Below are positions 39,691-51,605 of a stretch of DNA of 64,000 bases, piece by piece. The position numbers were made by a program, and so were the translations under genes. A model generated the notes under the pieces. That model did not search any database and was not told the origin of the DNA. It saw nothing but the letters and a program-made list of their open reading frames with translations. The stretch's first letter is position 1; each line of letters opens with the position of its first letter. The DNA comes from Octopus vulgaris (Eukaryota): positions 38,316,001 through 38,380,000 of the forward strand of contig OX597815.1 in NCBI GenBank assembly GCA_951406725.2. The letters run 5' to 3'.

Positions 39691-40200
39691 CATAATAATA
39701 CCTGTACAAGGGTGACCTCACCCTAGGTTTACTATATTTTCTAGGTATAAATGAGTTAAGTAGTATAACTCAAGAAAACATTTTGTCACTAGTATTCACG
39801 AAACCTTAATACCACATTCACCTTAAGAAAAGAATAAAAAAATAGAAAATTAATATCTGCAGATCTCACTATTGCATTTGCTTAATATAAATGGATTGAT
39901 TATATACACATAAACACTACGCATGCACACACACACATACACACACATTTGATTTGTGTAACAGCGTGCAATTAAATGTTCCCCTGATGATCTATTTTGA
40001 TTTAACATCCGATTGCACTTGGAATATCCAATGCGAATAACCTAGATGGTGAAGCGTACCGAGGGGAAAAAAAGTTATATTAAAATGAGCTTATCATAAT
40101 TCCTCACGCGCGCGCACACACTCATACACACACACATGTACGTGAAGAATTATGATAAAGTCAATTATATTATCAATTGGAGTAAAGATCTTTCCTTGCG

Positions 40201-40274
<74 letters not shown>

Positions 40275-40499
40275 CACAAGAAAAAATTTCCCCAATTGAG
40301 GATATTACTCTGTAGTGGAGAAGATAGATTTAAACATTTCGTAAAAGATCTTCATTTTTTTTCTGGAATACATAGAAGATTTGTACTGAAAGTAATGCAA
40401 AACGTAGTGCACCTTTTATGAGCTGACATAAGTCGTTCAAATTATACCCACTGTTAGGGTAAATCTTCCTCTGCAGTAGCTCTCCTTCTTGTTCTTTTT

Positions 40500-41560
40500 C
40501 TTTGTAGTCATGTAATGAGTTTCAGGGAGAAGTAAGGACCTTGAGTTCTTGATGAAGGCGGATAAGGCTGTTCCGACATTCATAGAAGACTGAAGCTCCT
40601 TTGTAGATGATGGACGCCAATGGCAAGAGCAACAAGCGTAAATATATGGCGTTTAAAGAGGAAACCAGCATTGAAGAAATTACACACAGTGAAGAACCAT
40701 CAACTGCTGTCATTCATATAAATTGACTGTGAACAGATGAACTGATTCGCACTGACGGACGAGTCACAGTATATGAGCTTGTCATAGAACGGGATTGGCT
40801 AAAACTACATTACAGAGGTTAGGGAAAGATTTCGGACATAAAAATGTGTCCAAATCTAGGTACCTCGACAGTTGACATCCAATTTGAGGGAGAGAACCTG
40901 GAAGTTTTCTCTCGTCTGCTAGAAGCGTTTGAAGCAAAGGTAGTTACAACTTTTCCGATCTTGTGGCAAGTAATGAAATGTGATCATATTTTTATGATAT
41001 GAAGACAAAGTCTTACCCAACGAAATTTCAGCGTATCTCTTCGGCATGGTCTGAGAGTTCAAGAGCAAGTGATCGACTAGAAGTTACACTAACAGTATTT
41101 CCTGTTTTTGGCATTTCAAAGACATCATTCTTATTGGTTTTCTGGGACGTACCTGTACCGTGAACAACGAACGTTACATTGAGACACTCGTAAGGCCTAT
41201 TAGGAAAAGGAAACCGAGCAGGACTCTGCAAGTGGCTCATTTAAACCATAGTAATGCATAACGAAGCGCACATTTGGCTGTGAATCAGGAAAACGGCAAA
41301 TTGGGTTGGTCATTTGTTTCCCATCCATTCTGGAATGACAATCAACGATATCCACCTGTTACGGCCAATTGAAAGGCAATTGCGGGAACAATCAATTTGT
41401 GAGACCGATGATGTAAAATTGGTTGAAAAGAAGTGGGTACAAAAGTGCACGCCGGAATTTTTTGAAATTGAATTCCAAATTTGAGTTCAGTAATGGCGCA
41501 GTTGCATGGCTTTCAATGGAGACCACGTTGAGTAATACCTTTGTTATAGATGAAGAATTA
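40500..41560 (+). mobile_element. Highly decayed mariner transposase
   Basis: DELIRTDGRVTVYEL, KMC..VPRQLT (WVPHEL-like), WRSCMAFNGDHVE* C-terminus, across frameshifts. Confidence 0.65.
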
Positions 41561-41740
41561 TTCTACGAAATTGTGCAAGAATGGCCGTATGGTAAGAAGT
41601 ATGCTTCCCAATCACATGGTTCCGGGTCCAGTTCCACTGACTCGCAACTTAGACAAGTGTTTTCTTGATGAATTTGAAAATGAACTTGCCAAAGTAAAAC
41701 AATGAACAAAGACTGAAATGTAAAATTTGTGGTACGTGTG

Positions 41741-41788
<48 letters not shown>

Positions 41789-41884
41789 ATGTATATATAC
41801 ATACATGCATATATTTATATATATACATAAATACATACATACATACACACACACACTCACACACACACGCACACGCACACACAT

Positions 41885-41946
<62 letters not shown>

Positions 41947-42559
41947 TTAAATAAGCAACAAGTATATCCAGAGGTTATGCTGTACGATCGTTTCATGCAA
42001 CTCCATTTCATTGAACAATGCAATCATTACATCAATTAAAAATGCACAGCAATCTTCTGCTGCAGAAAGACATGGAATTGAATTAAATTAGAACAGATTG
42101 ACACATTCGTATAATTATACCTAAAATCTTCAAGAATTTAAAGAAATAGACAAAGAACATGCTGTCTCACTCCAGCATAGAAGTTACTAAGTTTTCAAGA
42201 AGATATAGATTGTTACAGACTCTGCCTGTCACTGATTGTCTTGTTGTTATGGAATCAGTTTTAATTCATAGACTAGTTTATCAAATCCCTTGCATATCTA
42301 AACCTGAGAGAACAGAGGGTAGTATCTGTTAGGGGTAAGGGTGAGGGAGTAGACAGACATTCTAGTTGGTATAGTGATAAAAAATGAAAATTTATTATAA
42401 GCAATATCATGAGGTTTAGTAAGGGAAAACTTAAAACAAGACGTTAGCTGATAATTTAGGGGTTCACCCACTAGCAGACAATTGATAATGAAACAGGGAA
42501 AGTCTTATCATGTGGTACTGTAGTTAAATATTTTAAACAATGTTGCTATATTGTATACA

Positions 42560-43800
42560 GTTAAAATTTAGGGTTATTAAGAAGAATATTATAACAAAAG
42601 GATAGAAATTTATGAATACTTTTGAGTATATACCAAACTTTTACCACAATAGAGGGAGGAAAAGAAATTTTCCAGAAATAGTTTAATATTTATGCATATT
42701 GTACACTTAAATACTAACCCATCAGATGGTATCTGTGAATATTGATTAATTTGTAAAAACTAGTATTAATAAAGGCGTATTGAGATAAAGGAACATGCTA
42801 ATTATATATTAATAAAATTATAATCTAAGAAGTTTTTTCTATATAAATAGTGAATATAACAGTATAGTTTTATATAAGCTAAGTATGAATTTGTAGAGAT
42901 ACAAAAATTTATAAATAGATAAAGGCTAATTATAAAATAATAAAGAAATAAAATAATCAAGTAGGGCAAAACACCATAGAAAAGGAAATAAAATAGCTTA
43001 ATTACTAATACTATGGTAAAGTATATATAGCTTATTAACACCAATAGAGAAGAGTTTTAGGAAAAGTATCATAATTCAAAATATATTAGACTAAAAATTA
43101 TATATTTACTTATTTAGCTAATATCAATAAAAGACTGATGTCTGGTATCAGCTAAAGGAATATTTAAGTTAGGGAACAATTATATTTTACACTAATCTTT
43201 TTTAAAAAACACTAAGGATTATATTATAGGTTTAAGAAGTTATTCTTGTTACTCCCTACATGATATTTATAGTTCCTTGGTGGTATTTGTTTAGAAGGGT
43301 TATTTATATTAAGGCCTTTTTAAATACTAAGATCAGGAGGGGAGAGTCATTTTAGAGAGAGATAAATCAAGTGATATCTAAAGATCACTTCAAACAATAT
43401 TGTCTTATTGTCTTATTGTCTTAAAATTTAGGGTAATCAAGAAGAGTATTTAGAATGAAATTTTAACAAAAAATAAAACTTCTTTGAATATTTTGAGTAT
43501 ATACCAAATATTTATCACAATAGATGGAGGAAAAGAAAATTGCAAAGAAATAGTTTAATGTTTATTTGATTATTACTTATCTAACTATTAACTTATTATA
43601 TGGTTTCTATGGAGATTGATCAATTCGATTTAACTGGTATTTAATAAGGGAGCAACTGAGGATAAAGTACATGTTAACTATATGCTGATTTAATTAAATT
43701 GAACAATTGTAAGTTGTCGAGATACCGATATTACCTTATATAAGCCGAGTACGAATTAATAGGGGTACAAAGATTATATTTATTTAAGGCTACTATAGAA
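42560..43800 (+). repeat. Diverged ~350-bp direct repeat pair in a CpG-poor tract
   Basis: 42560-42910 vs 43420-43770 share colinear blocks (ttaaaatttagggt, tttgagtatataccaaa, cacaataga.ggaggaaa, agaaatagtttaat, tataagc..agta.gaatt). Confidence 0.8.
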
Positions 43801-45664
43801 TAATAATAATCACTAGATAACAATAGCACTCTTCTAATTTTGACTCTATATCTTCTGGGGGAGTTACCTCCATCCTTTATATATTAACCAAAATGAAGTA
43901 GATTGACAAAATTATTTTTTGAACCAGTTGAAGACACACAAGATGTCGAAATATTGTTCACTAGATAACAATGGCACTCTTCTTTCAATTTCGACTCTAT
44001 ATCTTCTGGAAGGAGATATTGAAGTTTTAAATTCTCAATTACATGTACGTTTTTTAAAATCTAAAACTTATCATTTAATGCGAAAATATTTGCTGTGTTA
44101 AATATATTTACAAGTACTAAATATGCAGTGTGGAAAAACATTACCTTCCTTTATATTCGTATGTTCTTGATTAATTAACAAGCCGGTAGTCAATACTTTC
44201 CTATTCTTGAATTAATTATTCATTTAATAATTATTCGCTCTTTCATATATAACATTTGCCTTCTTTTATATAGATCAATCTTTGATCAAATTAATTCAGT
44301 GTTTTTAAATTGAAATTATGTCATAAAATGAATGTTTAATAATTTCTGTTGCAACTATTTTAGCATTGCCGTTATCCTTGCATGCCTCTGGCGAAGTCTA
44401 CTCTTGCAAGTACTTAAATCAATTCTTCGGTTTGGGCATACGTTCCTCCCTCTCACCAGTTTGTAAAGAGTCACGAGTACTGTCTTCTCATTTGACTAAA
44501 AGATAATAAAGAAATTTAAGAAATTGGGAAAATACAAGCATCGTGACGATTAGATTCTATTTGGATTTGTCAAAATTTACTAAATCTCTACTCTCAATGC
44601 ATTATTTTCTTTCTAGTTGCAAGTTAATCTTCGCAGGCTTTTATATAACTAAACATTATCTCTCTTGTGTTTACAAGCATGAGTAGCACTTATGCGCATT
44701 TATATTAACTTTATAAGCATTTGTTTGAAACTTAAGAAACTGATATTGACTGTATTAGATTTATCTAGATGTCATTTCAAGAACAATAAGAATATAATGC
44801 TTACTTTATATAAAATTTAATTCAATTTAATACAAATAAAAATCACTGACACTATCTGTGACAATTTTATGAAACCATCTACTTTGATTGCTCTTAAAAT
44901 ATCTTCGGTAGATGCGTGTTTAATTAAGACACTTTCACACCTTCTAACACTATAATTAGCTGAAATAATAATAAATTCCTATCGAATATAAGAAGACAAA
45001 GTTATAAAATATTAATGATTCTGGATAAAATGTAAACGATGTGCTGAATTTAATGAGGTGACATGTTACGTTACTTCTTGAGAAACAGAACATAAATTAT
45101 ATTTACAATGAATATACACAGTTATAAACTAGGATATCTTGTTGATCTTTAATCCTTTAATAATCTTAAATTGATGCTTCAATGAAGTGATTTAAATATT
45201 GTCCAATATAATGTTTTCATTAACGCTTTGTTTAAAAAAATCAAATAAAAAATAGCAATTTTAAATCTATGATTAAATTCAAATCGAATCTTTAAAGACA
45301 AAAATAAGTGTTATGGCATCGAATACACGAGAACACGAATAATAGAACATCGGGAGACTTGAATTCTAAATGGATATTTTTTCAGATATCAATCAAGAAA
45401 ATCCAATTCTCAAATATTGCAAAATTCCAATTTTATTTAGCACATAATACTCCTCTTGTTTTGAAAGAACAATTTATTGATCAAAACTGTGATAGTATTG
45501 TGAAATGTGTTATCACAACAAGACTTGTCATTTTATTTGAACTGATACAAACAAATAATCAGTAAATATTAATGCTTTGGGATTCAAATAAATAATTTTG
45601 TTTTTTCAACAATCAATATCACCAAAATTATATTCACAGAAATTTCTATTTCTCTAAGTATAAA

Positions 45665-46900
45665 GGCAATGAATTTCAGGTTTGTTTTTGAAACTTACAT
45701 TATAACTCGCTATTACTGCGGGATTACATTTATATATAATAACCACTTAAAAGGAGAAAGCATCAGATCATAGCCAGCATTGATGGAAAATCAAGAGGGT
45801 TATCAAAGGGTGTAAAATGAATTAATTGCAGACAGAATATAACTATGATATAAGGCTTCTAGTCGGATAGCAGTAGGAAATATTTAACAACCTGGCATAC
45901 TGGAAATATTTTCGCAGACTGTGACGAGGAAACGAATAAATATATTAGGATCCCAGAAATGCAACCAGAAAAAAATTGTTTAATTCCAAGCATGAAGATT
46001 ACATGTGATGATAGTAACATTGGGACATACCAACTCAATTCAATAAAAGCAGAAGCCTTACCGTGGGAATACACGAAAAATAGTGGATATATGTATGGCT
46101 TATATTAGAATGAAATATAAAATATAGTAGTTTATACAAGACGGAATATTTTCATGGTTTCTACAGAAAATAAAACTGTCAATGCGAATATTAGCTTAGT
46201 ATATGTTTTTCCAATGACAATATGATTAATAGCATAATTTTGAATAGCATGTGGAGATCACCAACAGAAATGTACTCCGGCTAAAAATGCTTATATTGTT
46301 AACAATATCACAGAGAACATTGTGATTCGGTATTTAGCAGACAGGCCTTACTGTTTCAAGTATTACAATCCATTGTTTTCTTAAGCTAATTCCACGTGCA
46401 AATATAAACAATGAAATAAATTATAACTATAACATCTACTGGTGATCTCTGATTAGACTTATCATTTGACGTTTTTGGTCTAGGGCTGAAAGAAACTTTC
46501 AAAAAGATGTTGATCAACAGTTTCACTGCTATCCGTATCACTTTTATATTCCTCAGCAGTTACAAAGGTAATTGGGAAAAAATCACCAAGTAGTATGTAA
46601 ATATGCAGCTGTCTACATACCATGTACATCAAAGTTGATTTTCATATTTACATTGACCAATACATCTCAGGTGGCACCACAACTTTTCGAACATACTATT
46701 TCAGATTTTGTACCGTCTCCATTTAGATGCAAAATTCAGAGCACGATTCTTCATAACAATCAATCAATCACTAAATCACATTTTTTTTTACATTACAAAC
46801 TAAATAAGTTGATTCCTGGAACCATTTAGAAATGTGCTCTGAATTCATAGCAACTAGAGACATATTGTGATTCCGCAGATGAATTAAGATATACATTTTA
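45665..46900 (+). pseudogene. Possible decayed Cys-rich ectodomain exon of a Methuselah-like/adhesion GPCR
   Basis: Long broken frames with ordered motifs YVFPMT..IACG, YCFKYYNPLF..ANSTCKY, LSFDVFG, FHCYPYHFYIPQQLQ; no TM segment seen. Confidence 0.3.
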
Positions 46901-46963
46901 TGGATTTTTTTTTTATAAATATAATTTTATCAGAACGTAAGGAAGAATAGCGTACTAATGAAT

Positions 46964-47012
<49 letters not shown>

Positions 47013-47211
47013 GTTAGTTTTACGGTATTTTCAGTTACACTACTTTGCAATTGTTTATTACGTAGTCTGATAGTCGGGTCCGTATGAGGAGCTCACTGTC
47101 ATACCCATATGATTCTCTAAATCCTTATCTAATACTACTAATTAACATATGTATGTATATATAAATATGCATGCACGTATGTATAAAAATATATGTGTGT
47201 GTGCCATTGCT

Positions 47212-47420
47212 CTTTTACTTGTTTCACTCATTAGACTATAGCTGTGCTGGGTCACAGGTTTGAATGTTTTAATAAAACTGATCGCCCCTCACTACTGGTA
47301 TCATTAAGCCTGGTACTTATTCAAACGGTGCCTTTTTGCCGCACTACTTAGTCAGGGGTTGTGAGTAAGGTAATACCGGTCGTTAAACGTGGTGGGGACA
47401 AACAGGAACCCAGAGAGACA
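47212..47420 (-). mobile_element. SINE family A 3' half, degenerate
   Basis: Similar to 3090-3290. Confidence 0.65.
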
Positions 47421-47440
47421 CATACACATATACACATGCA

Positions 47441-47502
<62 letters not shown>

Positions 47503-47542
47503 TGTGTGTCTATATATCTATCTATCTATCTATCTATCTATA

Positions 47543-48200
47543 TTAACAGAATGAGATAAAAATCCAAGGCTGTGAAAGATTTCAGAACATTTTTAAATAG
47601 CTCTTACAGCTGTTTCCAGGATATTTTATATATTCCTTCATCGGAGACGGTGTGAGAGAATGGTTAAGCAATAGTTAATCTAGACAATATATGAAATAGA
47701 AGTGAAGTGGTGGAATGAAAATAGACGTGAGATATGCAGGGATATTGTATCTGTAGTTCTATTATTTAGGCAGAATGGTATATATATAAGATTCTTGTAC
47801 CTTGTACTCTATGCTTGGCATGAACAATTTTAAATGCTCTTGGAACTTACAAGTTACAAGAATCTTATATATATACCATGCTGCCTAAATAATGGAACTG
47901 CAGATACAATATCCTGCATATCTCACGTCTATTTTCATTCCTCCACTTCACTGTCTATTTCATATATTATCTAGAATAACGATTGCTTAACCATTTTCTC
48001 ACACCGTCTCCGATGAAGGGATATATAAAATATCCCGGAAACAACTGTAAGACCTTCTGTTTATAAATGTTCTGAAATCTTTTACAGCCTTGGATTTTTA
48101 TCGCATTCTGTTAAGTTTTTTTATATGTACACATGGTGATATATGGGTGTGGACTATGTTGTATGGAAATATATGAAATATTCAAATATAGAGACAAACA
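47543..48200. mobile_element. Penelope-type fold-back: two inverted pLTRs, no ORF
   Basis: 47543-47805 is an imperfect reverse complement of 47845-48115; directly follows a microsatellite; hammerhead motif in both arms. Confidence 0.8.
48006..48053 (+). ncRNA. Minimal type I hammerhead ribozyme (CCGAUGA variant)
   Basis: GTCT-CCGATGA-a-GGGATAT ataaa ATATCCC-g-GAAA-C aact G-TA-AGAC; mirror copy at 47602-47648 (-) has the palindromic loop CAGCTG. Confidence 0.65.
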
Positions 48201-50204
48201 CAACCTAATTAATAATAAATTAGATCTTAGGGTGTCATATGTTCATAAGATTATCCGTACTTTAAATACTTTAGAAGCAGGTAATTAATAATTATATCAT
48301 ACAGTTTTCTGGTAACACAAGTTATTCGGGATGCCATATCATTCGTAACCTACTCCCTGTGATGTCAAATAATGCATTCTAGTGACCATTAGTCCCTCTG
48401 ATCTATAGACTTTTAATAATTACAATATGTATTTATCCCTTCCCAGTGGTGAATCTCTTCTATCATGATTGATATATAATATATTTACATTTTTAATGGA
48501 TCCTTAAAATTCGCACCTCCCCTAAATATAAAATATAGCCTCTGAGATCTGTTACTATTCCACCTGGATATTTTCTTTGATGTACTTTTTTGTTATATTT
48601 TAGGAATTTTTATATTTTATATTTTATGCCTGTATATATCCTTTCATATATTTCATGGTTTTTATAGTTTATATTATCATATATTTTTTAATTACTCATT
48701 ATATCTTACAAATTCTTATATTTTATTTTTCAATGATTTTATGCCTTTATATATCCTTTTATATATAAAAACTGTAAAAATATATAAAAGGATATATACA
48801 GAAGTGTGGCAATTTATACTTTTTTGCGTAAAATTTACTGAATACTGTAAACTTATATTTTAAAATTATTCATGGTATTATGTGATTATAGGATTAAAAT
48901 TGTTTAAATTTTGTATCTGAATGTACTCTTTTATATATTTAATATCTCTAATTTACTTGCCCTGTACTTTAGATTTCACTTCTAACTATATCCCACCTGT
49001 ATTTGACGGGAATGATTTTAATTATCAGTTTAATTGCATACCAAAATATCTATTTATATTATATTTCCTTTATACATTCATCATATGATATTTAACCAGG
49101 ATATTCTATGCACTACATTTATGAAAAGTCTTAATATTTCTCTTATATCTTGAGGTATCTCCTTATTAAAATTTTAAGTGCAAATTCTAGCCTTCATCTA
49201 TATATCTAATTATATTTTGCTTTAACATTATAAATATGCTAAATCACAATGAGCTCCTACCCTTATTCCCTGAACTTATGTTCCATCATAAATTTTTTAT
49301 ACTTATTCCTTTAGCTTTTCATTATCTTCCCCTTAGCAATCAAAATAAGTATTATTACCTCTTCCTACCCTTCTTTCTCCCAACTATCACCCTTTCCCCA
49401 TCAGGCATTCCCCCTTTTGTTACTACCACAAGCCTTACTCTTTTGTGTAGACAAATCTGGATATAAGATTCCAGTAATTAGATAGTCCAGTAGGTTGTCA
49501 TGATATCAATTAATTTATGACCTCTATCTAGAATACAGCTGCAACTCGCAAAATATTTCGAAGTGTAGGTAACTAGGTCACTACTATCAATTATAAGCTC
49601 TACCGCCACTATAACCTCTACTAACCTCTTAATTTTAATAGGTTCGACACTGCATAGACTATTTTCTAAACTTATTCTGCCAAAGATATAACAGCAGAAT
49701 CATTGTATTTGAGCTTCGTTGCTGATGCGAATATGTCAAAGTAACTGGTTTGTCCTTTGTGTTTGAAGTCTGTGCAGTCATCTGACGAAAACGGTTTCTT
49801 CGCAGTGATGTAATGTTTTTATCAATCAATTAAAGGTGTCACTTGAAACGGTCATAATGGATTGACACCTGTACAGCTTTGTTACTCATATTTTATTCAC
49901 CTACCCTGGAATCTGCACTTCGGAAATTTTATAGAAAGTACTTTTGTATTTTTATATACAGTAAATGTCTGAAAAACCAAGAGCGGATCTCTTCATTAAG
50001 ATGGGTCATGTTATCTGCATACACTGCGAGAATATCAAGTGCAAACCCTTCTGCGCAGAGTTTGATATTCATCTGATATTGTTTGAGTGTGCAAATTAGT
50101 TCAACCCAAAAGGGTGCTTCAATTTAAGTACATAATTAACCTGAATCTTAATTATATATATACGTAAGAGTATGTTTGTATGTGTGTATGTGTCTATACA
50201 AATA

Positions 50205-50355
50205 TGTTATGGCCTTTTTTTAGTTTCTGCCAACCAAATCCACTCACAAGGCATTGGTCGACCCAGGAATAAAAGACATTTGCGCAAGGTGCCACACACT
50301 AGGACTGAACATAGAATCATGTGGTTGAGAAATAAACATCTTATCATTCGGCTAA
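50205..50355 (-). mobile_element. SINE family A 5' half, degenerate
   Basis: caaatccactcacaaggcattggtcgacc..aaggtgccacac..ggactgaac. Confidence 0.7.
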
Positions 50356-50420
50356 ACACACATATATATATATGTATGTATGATGTCAGTATATATGTGT
50401 GGTGTTTGTATGTATGTATA

Positions 50421-51605
50421 TGTAATGCAAAACTAAAGCTGAAAATATTGTGGTGAGTTACGATACCTCCTTGTGTGAGATAGACTGGTCCGAGTAAAGT
50501 ATAAATAGTAACGATCCGAGTGAGTTCATAAGTTCAGAGTCGATTGAAGTTTGTGTTAGTTCGCAGTGAAGTCGGAAGGTGTCGGTCGGTTAGTTCATAA
50601 AGAATATTGATTGTTGGCTCGTAAAGCGACTTGTTTAGTTTGTTACATTGTTTTACGACTGTCTGGTTATCTTATACGTAACAAATTACGTTACATTTGG
50701 CGACGAGGGTTTCAAAACTCACGTAGGTTATTTAACAATTTGTTCATGATACAACTTGTTAAATGATGGAAGACATATTAGCTTCCATATTACAGTTACA
50801 AAAGCAACAACAACAGCAGCAGCAGTAGTTGTAGAAGCAACTATTACAGCAACACCTACAACAACAACAATTATTGGAGCTATATTCAAATAAGTCCGAA
50901 AATAAGGTAAGTTCATTTTCGCCAGACGGCGTTCCGAACTCGATTAATGAATCCAGTTATAATCTAGAGGAGGGTATAACTTTTGCATTGTACTACAGTT
51001 GGTACGAAGAGAATTTTTAAATTGTTATTGCGAAAATTAGCTTCGTTAGAGCGTGAACGTCGCAGTAATTTCATATTTCCCAAAGAAACCAATGACATCT
51101 GCTTTAAAGAAATAATAGGATTACTGTCTAACATATTCGGTGATAAAATATCTCTATTTAATACTCGAATGGAGTGTTGGAATATAACGAAAAAAGAGAA
51201 TGAAGATTTTATCAAATACGCAGGAACAGTCAACAGGATGTGCGAAAGTTTTAAACTCAAATAACTTACACCTGAGATGTTCAAGTATATTATTTTTGTA
51301 TAAGGCCTTACAGCAAGAAGATACAGAAATTCCGGCAAGAAGTTTTTCTAAATTAGAACCAGAAAACCAAGATCTGTCTTAACAGTCTGTGGCAAAAGAA
51401 TCGCAAAGGATGGTAAACCAGAAACACGATGTAGAAAAAATTCAAGAAAAGGATTCCTCAAAAACACAGATGTGCCGACCGGAAAAGTACAAGTAAAAAA
51501 GAGCACCACGTCATAATCCATGTTATAGATGTGGGGTTATACATTTCAGAAAAGACTGTACTTCTAAAAATCAAAAGTATTACAGTTGCAAACGCATTGG
51601 TCTTC
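50421..51605 (+). mobile_element. Gypsy/Ty3 LTR retrotransposon 5' remnant (LTR, PBS, gag)
   Basis: LTR TGTAA..TTACA (50421-50695), PBS TGGCGACGAG at 50698; gag LLLRKL..LLSNIFGDKISLFNTRMECWNITK..YAGTVNRMCESF and CYRCGVIHFRKDC knuckle; truncated before pol. Confidence 0.85.

Noticed and set aside
42300-43800. Nuclear mitochondrial insertion
   Set aside because: AT-rich, but I could not recognise any mitochondrial protein, rRNA or tRNA motif.
45800-46100. Nicotinic/chemotactile receptor N-terminus (YNYDIR.. resemblance)
   Set aside because: No WxD, WxPD or Cys-loop motifs follow.
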